Positions 38,011-50,944 of a stretch of 64,000 nucleotides of DNA are shown one piece after another; the stretch's first letter is position 1, and the number at the start of each line of letters is the position of its first letter. This DNA comes from Chiloscyllium plagiosum (Eukaryota). The stretch covers positions 102,793,676-102,857,675 of the forward strand of contig NC_057717.1 of assembly GCF_004010195.1 (NCBI RefSeq), written 5' to 3'. The notes below the pieces were generated by a model that saw only the letters and a program-made list of their open reading frames with translations, had not been told where the DNA came from and searched no databases. The position numbers and the translations under genes were made by a program.

Positions 38011-38722
38011 GATAGAAATAGGCCATTCAGTCCACGTGACCACTGCTCACGTTGAGCATGGCTCAATGAAACAATGGCGGAAACTCACATGACAGGGGCA
38101 CTCCACTGAAGGTGAGCTGACCTCCTGAACTGAGTTACACATTGGCTCGTGATAGCTGGCAGCCCACTCCATGCCTGATCATCGCAGTCCCTTACACGCC
38201 TTTACAAGGAGTGTGCGTGAGACCCTCAAAGCGGGGGTTACACTTGCTACCCCCTGGTTAACCTAGAATGACTCTCCACATGGAAAGGGTTCTCAGACTG
38301 GCCATGTTGTGACTCAAAATTCATGGCCACTGGCTCCTGAGGTAGCACTTGGACCCAAACGCCTCTGGTCCAGAGCTCGAGCCTCAACCCAGTGTACTGA
38401 AAGACCATCTACGAGGTCTGAGTGGGACGGCTGTCTGAAATATGGATGGATTATACATGACAGCAGCATAAATACTAAACAGGGAGGTGTTCTTCAGGGG
38501 GGATATGGGTGGCCTTGAGTAGATGATGATGTCAACAAAGTCAGAAACAGCCTGTTCTGGGTGTAGGACCATTCGGCGCAGCCATTTTGGCGCGAGCGAT
38601 TTGGCGCGGCCTGTTTGGCGCAGCCCATTTTGCCGCTGACCCAGTTAGCTGCAGAATTATTTTGGAACAGCTCCTATTTCTTCCTTTTCAGGCTTAGTTA
38701 AAAGCATTAATGAAAGCAATAA

Positions 38723-39222
38723 NNNNNNNNNNNNNNNNNNNNNNNNNNNNNNNNNNNNNNNNNNNNNNNNNNNNNNNNNNNNNNNNNNNNNNNNNNNNNN
38801 NNNNNNNNNNNNNNNNNNNNNNNNNNNNNNNNNNNNNNNNNNNNNNNNNNNNNNNNNNNNNNNNNNNNNNNNNNNNNNNNNNNNNNNNNNNNNNNNNNNN
38901 NNNNNNNNNNNNNNNNNNNNNNNNNNNNNNNNNNNNNNNNNNNNNNNNNNNNNNNNNNNNNNNNNNNNNNNNNNNNNNNNNNNNNNNNNNNNNNNNNNNN
39001 NNNNNNNNNNNNNNNNNNNNNNNNNNNNNNNNNNNNNNNNNNNNNNNNNNNNNNNNNNNNNNNNNNNNNNNNNNNNNNNNNNNNNNNNNNNNNNNNNNNN
39101 NNNNNNNNNNNNNNNNNNNNNNNNNNNNNNNNNNNNNNNNNNNNNNNNNNNNNNNNNNNNNNNNNNNNNNNNNNNNNNNNNNNNNNNNNNNNNNNNNNNN
39201 NNNNNNNNNNNNNNNNNNNNNN
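38723..39222. other. 500-N scaffold gap (probably a placeholder size)
   Basis: Exactly 500 N. Confidence 0.98.
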
Positions 39223-39481
39223 GGAAATGTGCTGTTTGGGATTTCCTATATTGTTGCCTCCCTTATTCCTGTTGCAAAGACCATCCAGTTTTAACTCGGT
39301 GCTAGAATGGAGGCTGAAGCAGCTCGCCACAGGCCAAAAAAAACGTACATTTGCAACACCAGGTCAATTCTCTGCATTCAGCTCAAACAAGCTCCACTCA
39401 CCGTTCTGTTAGAGGTCAGAGAGTTCAGCTAGGATTCCAGTCCAATGAATAACTATTAACATTTGTTCTCTTTCCTTACAG

Positions 39482-39535
39482 GGTCCCCCAGGACCCATAG
39501 GAATACAAGGTCCAATTGGACACCCTGGTCCCATT
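39482..39535 (+). CDS. COL5A3: collagen exon 54 bp: GPPGPIGIQGPIGHPGPI
   Basis: ttacag|GGT...ATT|gtaagt. Confidence 0.95.
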
Positions 39536-39603
39536 GTAAGTATGGGTTTTGTTTAATTTTCAGCCCCTTCTCTGATGTTTGGCTGAGCTTTACTCGACAA
39601 TAT

Positions 39604-40060
39604 GAGTCATAGAGAGTCTTAGCACAGAAACTGATCCTTTGGTCCAACCAATCCATGCTAACCCTAATCCCCAAACTAAACCAGTCCCACCTCACTGGAT
39701 TTGGCCCATATCCCTCCAAACCTTTCGTATTCATGAACTTATCCAAATGTCTTTTAAACGTTGTAACTGTACTCTCATCCACCACTTCCTCTGGAAGATC
39801 ATTCCATACAAGGATCACTCAGTTAAAACAAAAGTTGCCCCCTCACGACCTTATTAAATCTTTCACCTTAAAAATATGCCCCCCGCCCCCCCCGGTCTTG
39901 AACTGCCCCATCCTTGGGAAAAGACACCTGCCGATCACCTTATCTATACCTCTCTACAAGGTCGTCTCTCAACCTCCTACACTCCACTGAAAAAACTCCC
40001 AGCCTATCCAGCCTCTCTTTATAACTCAAACTCTCCATTTCTGGCAACATGCTGGTAAAA
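39604..40060 (-). mobile_element. CR1/HER1 LINE 3' fragment
   Basis: Minus ORF 39456..39818 VWNDLPEEVVDESTVTTFKRHLDKFMN; gagtcataga tail. Confidence 0.85.
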
Positions 40061-40601
40061 TCTTTTTGTGTGAGCTGGGATGGGGTTGAGGAGGGGGGAA
40101 CGGCAGTTGGATGAGTTACCCTACCTTGGCTGTATAACGAGGGAGGGTGCAATTGGAAGACCCCCAGAATTTGTTTCTCGACTTGGAATGTCATGTTCAG
40201 TTGTGACCTGTTGCAACTGATCTCGGACCAATCGGATTCAAATGCCCAAATCATTTTGTAAACCGGTGTCTTTCATTGACCCTATCTCTCTCCAACTTCA
40301 TCAGTTTCAATGTTGTAATGTACCCTCAGCAATGTTGTATTGTTATGTCATTTCAAAAGGGTTACAATGTGCTTGGATATACACCCAGAATACTATGTCA
40401 CTCCATACTGTACTGTCTTCAGCCAGTTAGAGCAACTTAGCCGATGTAATTTGAGGGAAAGATTTTGAAGGAAGGTCCAGCATTTGTGTCGGGAGTATGG
40501 TGCCAGGCAGAGCAGAAGAAGGAAGCCTTACGGTCTCTCGATTCATTCCCACAACCCTTCCTCCAAGCTAACTGACAGCTCTGTGTTGTTTGTGCACCCA
40601 G

Positions 40602-40709
40602 GGTTCTGACGGTGCCCCAGGTCCGAGAGGCTATCAGGGAATGCGCGGGCAGAAGGGTGACGATGGAATCCGTGGTTTGCCGGGCTCCGCTGGACCAGCT
40701 GGACTTCAG
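40602..40709 (+). CDS. COL5A3: collagen exon 108 bp: [36 protein letters not shown]
   Basis: acccag|GGT...CAG|gtaacg. Confidence 0.95.
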
Positions 40710-41399
40710 GTAACGGAACGTTCAGGCTCCCACTTCCTGGCGACATGACTCCCCAGGACAACGGGGACGATTGGCCCTGATTCTGTGTAACCCTTGGTGT
40801 CACAGAATGGTTATGGCACTGAAGGGGGCCATCGTGCCTACACCATCTCTTCAAATGAACATCACTACCCAATGCCCATCTCCTGTGTTTTCTCCATATC
40901 TTTCCTCACCATTTCTATCGAAATAACCATCCAGTGCCCCTCTTGAATGCCTCAGCTGATCCTGCCTCCACCACGTGTCCATTCCCTAACTGCTGGCTGT
41001 ATAAAATACTTTTTTTCTCTCTCTCTCGCATCAGCCTCACTTAAATTCTACACCCTCTTGTTGCTAATCCTTTTACAAGCAGGAGCAGCCTCTCAGTTTC
41101 TCTAAAACAAAACTTACTGGAGAAACAGACGTATCAGTGGAGGGGAAAACAGTTAACTCTCCCCCTCTCTCCCTCTCCTAAAGCAAAATGACAACACTGG
41201 AGCAACGCTCAGGGAAGTTAACATGGAAACAATCATAGAGTCATACAGTACGGAATCAGACCCTCTGGTCCAACCAATCTGTGCCAATAATGAATAGATT
41301 TGCAACACCGAAACCAAGCAAACAATCAGTTGCAGAAAGTTTGGACAGAAACAGTAAAAAGAAAATAAAGTGCAGAATTTTGGGAAATAGAGGAGTGAG

Positions 41400-42270
41400 G
41401 AATTAAAGTGATTCTGGGGATGGTGGGACTGACTTATGAGGAGGGATTGACTAGGTTAAGATTGTTTTCCCTGGAGCTCAGACAAATGAGGGGAGAATCT
41501 CATAGAGACTTATAAAGTTCTAACAGGACTAGGCAGGGTAGATAGAAGGAGGACGTTCCCAATGTTGGGTGCATCCAGACCCAGGGGTCACAGGATTCAG
41601 GGTGGACCATTTAGGACAGAAATGAGGAGACATTTTTTCACCCAATGAGTGGTGAGCCTGTGGAATTCATTACCACAGGAAGGAGTTGATGCCAAAATAT
41701 TGAATGTATTCAAGAGGTGGCTAGATATAGCACTTGGGGGGAATGGGATCGAAGGTTATGTGGAGAAAACAGGATTAAGCTGTTGGGTTGGACAGGGCAA
41801 AAGTGAGGACTGAAGATGCTGGAAACCAGAGTTTAGATCAGAGTGGTGCTGGAAAAGCACAGCAGGTCAGGCAGCATCCGAGTGAACACTTCAACCCCAG
41901 GGCATCAATGTGAACTTCCAGCAGTGTTCTCATGACCTGTCCTTCCTGCCAATTCCTCTTCCCACCTATCTTCTCCACCCTCCTCTCTGACCTATCACCT
42001 TCATCCCCACCCCCATTCACCTATTGTACTCTTTGCTACCTTCTCCCCAGCCTGGAGGCTTCCTGCCTCTATTCCTGATGAAGGGCTTTTGCCCGAAACT
42101 TTGATTTTCCTGCTCCTTGGATGCTGCCTGACCTGCTGTGCTTTTCCAGCACCACTCTGATCTAAACTATTGGATTGGACAATCAGCCATGACCGTGATG
42201 AATGGCAGAGCAGGTTCGAAGGGCCGAATGGCCTCCTTCTGCTCCTATCCTCTATTTCTACGTTTCTGTA
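41400..42270 (+). mobile_element. CR1 LINE 3' fragment hosting a nested Penelope-like insertion (41795-42166)
   Basis: CR1 tail resumes at 42182; TSD ctgttgggttggaca 41780-41794 / ctattggattggaca 42167-42181; insert has a TLQPQGINVNF remnant and CTGATGA-agggcttttgccc-GAAA at 42075-42098. Confidence 0.78.
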
Positions 42271-43622
42271 TAAAATAGAGCAGGAAATTGCACAAGCTCT
42301 TAGCCTGAGGATGTGGGGGTTGAGAAGGCAGTAGTTTGGCAAGTCTGTTATATCCGCAATGGGAAGGATGGACAGCTCACATGTGTATCATAGTTGTACA
42401 GGATCAAGTTGGAGCCCACCTGGTGATTGTATCCAGGTTTGCTCCCACAGCCCTCAGGAACCTTCGAAGGAGGTTTGCACAGCTTCATCAGGTACTGAGA
42501 GGGAAAGGGTTATGTTTGCACTCCTAGGTATCATCAATGATGCTCATGTTCCCTGGAGTTCAGGAAATGGTGGGGAGATCTAATCATCGTGTTTAAAATG
42601 ATGTAAAGGTTTGATGGAGGTCAGTAGAGAGAAACTGCGGTGCAGAGTTGAATGGGGGAATGTGGGAGGGGCAAGGGTTTGGTCTAGCCCAGAAAAAGGG
42701 AGTGTGTGGTTGGGGATGAGAAGCTTACAAATCAAGCCGGATCTTTGAGAGGTGATGTCAGGAAGCAACTCTTCGCACCAAAGACAGTGAGACCTTTAAC
42801 ACTTTACCCTAAAGAGCTGTTGATGTTTGGAACAGTAGGATAAGGGACCCAATGGCAAATTTAAGAATGGGTGGATAGATTTTTGATGGGTGGGGATATG
42901 AAAGTGGGTATCTGGCAGATCTGCCATGATAGGTGTGAATGACAGAACAGTCTTCAGGAACTGAATTGACCTTCTCCTTTCCCATTTTAACCCCATGGGC
43001 GCCTGTGAACTTCCTGCAGGAGCCATATTGTTTCGATTGAGTTTGGTGGTAGGGTTCAGAGGTCAGGTGGTGCTTGACATTTTGATCACCTGATGAAGGA
43101 AGCATGGGAAGAGGAGCTCATTAAGTCCCTTGAGGCTGTTCCACCATTCAGTGAGTTTATGACTGGCTCTTCCCTCAGCTGCCTTCAGCTTTGACTATTT
43201 AGCACAGTATCGCTGCCTTCCTGTGGAGCTTTAAGGCTGGTTTCAGCACAGTTAATGAAGTACAGGTGACATTTCATCCCATAGCCTCAGTTACGTATTT
43301 CTGGGAAGGTTAAAAAGGGCCCTTAAGATAATTGAAATCAACAATTAGAATAACTCCTGATATTTGGATCAGTCTATTCCTCCCAGAGACCCACTGACTC
43401 CCAGTTTGATTCTGGGCTCCAGACCAGGTGTCAAACTCTGAATAAGTGAGAAATCTTTCAGCATCTTAACATCAAATGGAAAGCTCAGTAGCAAGGGCGA
43501 TGCTCCCAGTGTCCTGATCACGATCCATCTCTCAGTCAGAATCACAAACCGAGTCTATGTCACAGTTTGCACATAGTGGTTCATTGAATGAAAAGGGACA
43601 TAGTAATGCTGGTTCATTCCTC

Positions 43623-43741
43623 TGGTGAAGAGTCATCTAGTTTGCTCTCTCTCCATGGATGCTGCCTGACCCGCTGTGCTGTCCAGCAATTGTTGTTTTC
43701 AGCACGGATTCCAACATCAGCAGTAATTCGCTCTGACATTG
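43623..43741 (+). mobile_element. Penelope-like terminal-repeat remnant with 16-bp TSD
   Basis: tgctggttcattcctc 43607-43622 / tgttggttcattcctc 43742-43757; gatgctgcctgacccgctgtg motif. Confidence 0.65.
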
Positions 43742-45142
43742 TGTTGGTTCATTCCTCACTATCTCTTCTCTTCCTACCCTTTTCCTTTTCGTTTTCTCTC
43801 CTCTTTCTCTCTTTGTTGTTCTTGCTCTCGTTCTCCCTTATCTCTCCCTCTATTTCCCCTTCTCTCTCCTCTTCCCTGTTCCCCCCCCCCCCCCCCCCCT
43901 CCCTGTTTTGTGGTTCTTCTCCTTTCTGTTCTGTACCATCAGCGGAGAGAGACTTGAGCCAATGGCTGAGTGGAATACTGAGTAGACTGACTTCTGAGTT
44001 TTTTCTAGAGACGCGGAAGCTTTGAGATGATTGAGATGACCCTGGAATAATAGGTCTAACCTCATTGCCACCGAGCCCCAGGTTGATAGTTACCAGTCTG
44101 ATGGCTATGTGTTCTGCTGTGATCCAACATTAAACAGCCTCCCAGTTCGGGGAATTATCATCCATCATTTGTCTGCAGCAGAGAAACTGAAGGAAAATGA
44201 GTAAAAGATTTTCACTTACTTCAATTAATTAGTGGGGACTCAGCGTATGGCTTCATGGCTCAGAGGTGAAAGGTCCTTGAGTCACCTCTGACCTGTTCCT
44301 CAGGGGTGGAATCTGTCAGTGAGCAGAGAGGGCTGTGAGACTGTTGATAAGTAAGAGTATACAGAGCCAGCAGTCAAAATCTTATGCCATCCTTAACAGG
44401 GTTTGCTTCTTAATGTCAGGAAGTGGCTTGAAGTGGCTCGGACAGTTTGGGTTTGTCAGACAGTTATTCAGCCACAGTCAGAATTTATAGTTCCTGACAG
44501 CAGAATCAGGCAAACACGTTTCCAGCATGGAGTGAGGAGAAATCTGACTATGCAAAGGCCCAGTGAACAGCGGGGAGCCATTGTTTGAGTACCTTGTACG
44601 TTCTGTAGCAGTCGGTACCTATTTATCCAAGTTTCACTGAATAAGGACGTCATGGAGTGCGGGGGCTGTTTTCCACATACCACTGGAGACTGTCCCTGTA
44701 TGAGACATGCTGACAGGTTGTGTGCTTGTACTCAACAAAAATCCACACAGCTTCCCTCGCACCATTCTTGCTTTTCACTTGGAAAGTTATCGGTGCCACT
44801 GCCCCTCTATGCAATGTCAAGGGAGCATCTCACCAGCAGCAGCACCTCTCTGCTGCCAATGTGAAACAGATAGGGTGTAAGGGATCACGTAGAATCACTC
44901 CAAGCAGAGCAGGGTGTGCCTTGGTCTCCTGGAGGAGATGTTCCACATCCAGCTCCCATTTTCAGCGGTGATTTGACTCATCTGCTGTTCACGAGAGCTG
45001 TCTGTCTGCAAATGAGCTGCAGTTTTGCCGACTTTCGTCCAGCGACTGCACTGAGCATTATAACCCATTTTGCTTTCTTAGAGGGGCACGATGAGACTCC
45101 ACATAAACGCAGAACCGGTGGCATGAGGCTCAATGCACAGAG

Positions 45143-45361
45143 TGAAAGTGAGGACTGCAGATGCTGGAGATCGGAGTCAAGATTAGAGTGGTGCTGGAAA
45201 AGCACAGCAGGTCAGGCAGCGTCCAGGGAGCAGGAAAAATCGATGTTTTGGGCAAAAGCCCTTCATCAGGAATGATGATGGGCTAATGCCTGAAACGTCG
45301 ATTTTCCTGCTCCTCGGATGCTGCCTGACCTGCTGTGCTTTCCCAGCACCACTAATCTTGA
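45143..45361. mobile_element. fold-back family A Penelope-like insertion with perfect 14-bp TSD
   Basis: ctcaatgcacagag at 45129-45142 and 45362-45375; back-to-back hammerhead-like cores at 45239-45303. Confidence 0.85.
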
Positions 45362-45538
45362 CTCAATGCACAGAGCCTTGTGAGCATGTGTTCAGATCAG
45401 GTGACAGTTGTCCTCGATTTTGAGTCAACCTCATCAAGCTTCCATGCTGCCCTTCCATTGATACTCCTTCAGTCGAGAAACTGGGTCAATGAAGTGGAAA
45501 CTAATGCCTTTAACCTCTGACCTATCTTTGTTTTGCAG

Positions 45539-45592
45539 GGTCTGCCTGGTCCTCCTGGAGACAAAGGGGAAAGTGGAGACGTCGGGCCAATG
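45539..45592 (+). CDS. COL5A3: collagen exon 54 bp: GLPGPPGDKGESGDVGPM
   Basis: ttgcag|GGT...ATG|gtaggt. Confidence 0.95.
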
Positions 45593-46544
45593 GTAGGTGG
45601 GCATAACACAGCAGGGGGATCTTCGAGAGCTGGTGGTGTAGTGGTAATGTTCCTGGACTGGTCACACACAGGCTCAGGCTAATGTCCTGGGGTTAGGGGT
45701 TCGAATCTCACCATAGCATATCGTAAGGAGTCTGAATGAATGAATCAGGCATTGAAAGCTAGTTTCAACATTGCTGACCATGACCACACTCACCGATTGC
45801 TGTGGAAATCCATCACTGATCCCTTTTAGCAAAGACATATTGCTTGCTTTAGTCAGCCAGCAGTGCGTTTGGCTCTTAACGCGCCCTGAAATGGCCCAGC
45901 GTGCCACTCAGCTGTGACCAACCCTTATGATGGACGGGCTGTTCAGCATGGTGGGTCAGCACCTTTTCCTCAGGGCAGTTAAGGATGGACGACAGATGCT
46001 GGCTTAACCGGCGACGTCCGAATCTCCGAAAAGAAGGTTCACGAAAGGTTCCCAGTGGCCGTCTCTGTTGCATGGTAACGGTGACTGGTTTACACGTTGT
46101 GTGGAGAGCTGCACTCTGACTCTGAACCCCATGCATTCCTCACACAGCAGATTCAGAAACATCACTGGTATATCAGCGCGGATTGAACAACAAGGGGCGT
46201 GTCAGAAGCCTATGTGGGACATGGACTGTTGACTCAAACCCGTTTTGCTGTCTGACTGATTATAATGGGCAAAAGCCAAAGATCCGGTTAATCCCAACAC
46301 TCCTTATTCCCGAAAGATGACTGACTTGCAAACCTCCTGAACTCAGCACCAGCTACATCTTTGTATCAAAGTGAAAGGTCAAGAGTACCCACAGTACATG
46401 AGCTAAGATTTGGGCATCTAAATTGGGAAATGGGCTATGTTATTGGTTGATCATTTGTGAATGTCAGGCTGGTACTGGTCTATAGGGTAGAACATTGTGC
46501 ACAATGAAGCACCATTTAACATAAATCTCATCCTTTGCCTGCAG

Positions 46545-46598
46545 GGTCCACCCGGTCCTTCAGGAGTAAGAGGAGCTCCAGGCGCCAATGGTGCCTCT
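46545..46598 (+). CDS. COL5A3: collagen exon 54 bp: GPPGPSGVRGAPGANGAS
   Basis: ctgcag|GGT...TCT|gtaagt. Confidence 0.95.
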
Positions 46599-48349
46599 GT
46601 AAGTGACCCTGCTTTCTCATTTCCCTTCCTGTTGTACCTGAGGCTATCCTTTGATTCATAGTTGGCAAAAGGAGCGCGCGTTACGTACATAACTTTGTTT
46701 GATTGAGTCTGGCTCAGTGGGCAGGGAGACACCTCAGGCCCTCGTGAAGTGTATCCTGGAGTGTTTGTCCACTGTCAGTGTTACAAATACAGGTCCCTTT
46801 AAGGAAGGACAGCTCCTGCGTTGGTTGAGAGCAGGTGTCGCAGTTTAAGATCCGGAGCTGTGGCGTTGGAGTGGTAGCATCCCTATCTCTGAGATGGGAG
46901 CCCTGGCCCCAAACCTCACCTACTCCTGAGGTGTGTAATCACATCTCTGAGCAGTTGATTAGAAAATTCAAGAGCTGTGATTTTCCAGCAACACTCTCAA
47001 TGTGGGGGATGGAGTGATCTCTCTGCTTCCCTGACTCCTCTCTGATGTCATCCCCTCCCTCTTTCCCTACCTTTCTGTGACACTTTGTTGTCTCTGCATT
47101 ACCTCAATGGGCCATGCTTATAAATTCTTCTTTTGATTATAAATGTGTGATTTGATGATGATTTAAAAAAATATATATCCTGAGGCATGTAATAACATCC
47201 CTGGACAGACAAAAAGGGGAGAAGAGAGAGTTTCTACTGACAGGCCCCGGTTCAAGTCCCTCCTGCCCCAGGGGTGTTGGCTTCTGTATAGGGAACAGTT
47301 CCAAAAGGGAACTGTGGAAACTGGTGTTTGAGCTAAACTGTCAGTTTATAATAAAACCCTGTGTGTATCTCTCAAAGTTTCTTTGCTGCCTGATTGAGTC
47401 TGATAAAAACCACCTACCCCTCTCCAGATAGTTCACGTGCTCAGAGCTGGTTAGAAGGATGTAGGGGAAAGTGAGGACTGCAGATGCTGAAGATCAGGAG
47501 GCAGCCTCATGATTAAGGGAAGGGAGAAATGTTTATCAGGAAATGGTGGCTTTGGGCTAAGTTAACCTTCTTGATGCCGTGTTCCTTTATTTGAGGAAGA
47601 AAGGAGGACAGAGGGAGGTGGGTGAGCTCCGCAGCTTTAAGGACATGGTGAAAGCATAAGGGAAGAAAGTAGTACAACTTCACCAGAGTACGAATTTGGA
47701 AATATCTCCCCACCTTGAAGATGCTGAGGTTTTATTAAATTGCTTAGACAGGATCCAGACATGTTTCTGTCTGGCCGGAGTTTGATTTCAACTTGGACAT
47801 CACCAAACCTGTTCCCTAAATATGCACCCCACCCCGATTCTCACCCAGTTATCCCTTCATTGATATATAACCATCACCTCTGCCCTAGTCCCTTGGTCTT
47901 GGATGTCCCTGCCACACTCTACTGAGTGATTGAGTTGAAGGGTAAGTTGAAAAGTGGGATCAGATTTTGTAAGGTTAAGATTTTATAGTAGATTGGGTGA
48001 AGTTGAAGACTTGCTCTGACCTAACTGAGTGGCAAAAGTGACTTGAGGACTTGAATGGCCTCCTTTCGTCCTTGTTTCTCTACACTGCAGGGAAAGTTGT
48101 ACACAGCCTTTCAAATTCTTTTTGGATATAAGAGTTGCACTGGTGCGTTTCTGAGCTCCACAATGAATGTCCATGCAGCGCTGTCCTCCCTGAGAGATTC
48201 CAGTGTTTACTTTGGGGCTGTATTAACTGGCACGTGTCTGAAGTGGTATGGAGAACAGCAAAATGGGCAACACAGCAATCCACCAAGTTGTCTACTGCTT
48301 TGCTTATCTCACTTCCTGTGTGGAAAGGTAATTCCCTCGTTCTGGAGGA

Positions 48350-49445
48350 TTGAGAGTAAAATCGAGGCTGACACTCTCCTTGCAGTGCTGAGGGAGAGCT
48401 GCACTGCTGTGGGTGCCATCTTTCAGATTAAATGTCCAACGCCGTGTGCCCCCTAAGGTGCATTATTGTAAGAAGAGCAAAGGAATTCTCCATGGTTCTG
48501 CAGAAGGGTCGCTGAGCTCAAAACGTTAATTCTGTTTCTCTCACCACAGATGCTGCCAGACCTGCTGAGTTTCTCCAGCACTTTCTGTTTTTGTTTGACA
48601 TTTCCCTGGCATTCAGATCAATACTGATGTCTTAACCAATGTGCACTAAATGTTATATTGCTAGCTATCCATTTACTGAAATCAGAATTGGTCTCTTTTC
48701 TGCAATTGTTTTATGTCTGTTTCATCGTTCAATGGAAACGCCAGTCTCCCCTTCCTCAACCTGAGAATAGCCAGTCCTTTTATATTTTCTAATCAACTTG
48801 TTCAGAGACGTCACAGCACATTTCTGCAGCAGGTAGAACTTGAACCCAGACCACCTGGCTCAGAGGTAGGGACACTACTAGTGTCCCACTGATAGCAAGC
48901 TGTTAAAAAAAATTCTCAAAGTAAATATTAGATGCTCTCTAGAATCCCTACAGTGTGGAAACAGGCCATTTGGTCCAACAAATCCACACTGACCCTCCAA
49001 AGAGTAACCCACCCAGACCCATTCCCCAACCCCTATTACTCTCCACTTATCCCCATCTAATGCACCTAACCTGAACACCATGGACAATTTAGCACTGCCA
49101 ATTCACCTATCCTGCACATCTTAGGATTGTGGGAGGAAACCCCCACAGACAGTCACCCGAGGCTGGAATTGAACCTGAGTCCCTGGTGCTGCGAGGCAGC
49201 AGTGCTAATCACTGAGCCACCGTGCTGCCCTGGTGTCTCTGAAACAGATTCCCATTCAACCTTAAACGGACCATCAGCAACAGTGTTGCCACTAAGAATA
49301 TTTATCTCCTCTGTACCATATTGGCTGTTTGTGGGATCTTGCTGTGTACAAATTGGCTGCTACGTCTGCAACATTACAATCATGAAATGTTAAGTGCTTA
49401 GGGACATCCTCAGATGGTGACAGGTGCAATAGAAAGGAAAGTCTA
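48350..49445 (+). mobile_element. DeuSINE remnant with nested family-D remnant (48495-48595) and minus-strand HE1 SINE (48940-49229)
   Basis: gctgacact..gcagtgctgagggagagctgcactg Deu domain; tail gggatcttgctgtgtacaaattggctgc at 49332. Confidence 0.6.
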
Positions 49446-49869
49446 TCTTTTCTCGACAACCAAACCCAAGTAGCTTGAGAAATGACTCCCATCTCTCGCC
49501 CATGACATTGTGTCAGGAATATCGCCGCTTTGTGTGTATCTAGCAGAGCAGCTGGGAGGCAACTGACAGATGGAGACTGACTCTTTGAAATCTTTTATTT
49601 GCATAATTATTTACTTTGTTTAATCAACAGATTTTGCAGGTCTCCAAGGCATGGGAGAGTGTAACAGCAAACACAGATGCTTCAGCTATGTGTATGTGTG
49701 TGTGTGTGCACATAGAAAATGAACTGAATCTATTTACAGTGCGTTAAAGTAACATGGAAGGAAATCTGTCAGGGTGTAAATTCAGCATTGCTCCTTGCTT
49801 GTGAAACCCAGGATTTTGTGTTTTCGAGTCAGGGGGGCCCTGAGCTCACTGTTAAATGTGGCAGAAGTC

Positions 49870-50290
49870 TCAGAATCTTTAGGGGGCACAGAAGGAGGCC
49901 ACTCAGCCCATTGTGTTAATGCCAGCCCTCCGAAGGACCTGGGCTGCTATTGTTTCAGATACTTCCATTCTCCCGTGAAGGCCTTGATTGTGACGAGAGC
50001 GGGAATCAATCACAGACAGCACGTTCCAAATCCCAATCAGTCACTCAGTGAAACATTTGCTTTTCATCTCACTATTGCTGTTTTTACCAATGATCTTAAT
50101 CTGCGCCCTTCTGTTCTAGAACCTTCCACCAGCGGTAATAGTTTCTTCCAATTCCCTCTGCGCAGACCCTCTAGCATTTTGAACATTTTTACCCAGTCTC
50201 TCAGCCTCCAGTGTAAGGGTAACAGACCCAGGGTCCCTGTTCTGCTCACAGGACCGGAGTACCTCACGCTTGGGAACATTCTCGTAAATG
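49870..50290 (-). mobile_element. degenerate CR1 LINE 3' fragment
   Basis: Minus ORF 50064..50297 FTRMFP..LGLLPLHWRLRD..LLPLVEGSRTEGRRLR. Confidence 0.7.
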
Positions 50291-50944
50291 TTTTCATTCA
50301 TCCCTCCAGCTTTTACTCTTCAGCAGAGGTTGAGCCAGATTTATGCAGTCTGTCTGTCCCTTCTGTGAGAATCCTGCCCTTGTCCTGTTATCCATGCAGA
50401 TCCCAGTGAAATCCTGCCATTTTCTCTCTTCCCTTCCCTGTCCCAGGACTGAAGCAGGGTGTGGCACCCATGCTGGGACTGACGGTGATGTGACTGCCTC
50501 CTTAAGGTGTCACTGAGTCAATACACTGGTACTCCCTGCCATTTAACGCAACAGCAGCATCATCCACACGTAGACTGTACTGTACTGTTGAGAGGGTAAG
50601 CTGGTATTTCACAATAACCGCCTAACCTGTCAGAAATACCCACTTCTGAGAAGTTACATTTGATGTCGTCCCAGGTGTACAGTCCACAACTCTCTTGTAC
50701 TTATTCATCCGGAACGAATGCAATCAACTCTATAATCTAGAGTGTGGGAAAACAATTGCACGACAAATCAGATTTCCAGCAAGCAGAGTACATGAGGAGC
50801 TGTGTTCCCAGTCAGATCGCTGGGTACTACAATTCAGCCAAGCACTCACGGTGCAATATGACTGTGCGATCATAGCCCATCCACAGTAAATAACTGTTTC
50901 AATACAGCTTTACTTTCGCTTGTAATTCTAGCTGCATGACAATC

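Noticed and set aside
49795..50409. 204-aa plus-strand ORF
   Set aside because: Antisense reading of a decayed CR1 fragment.
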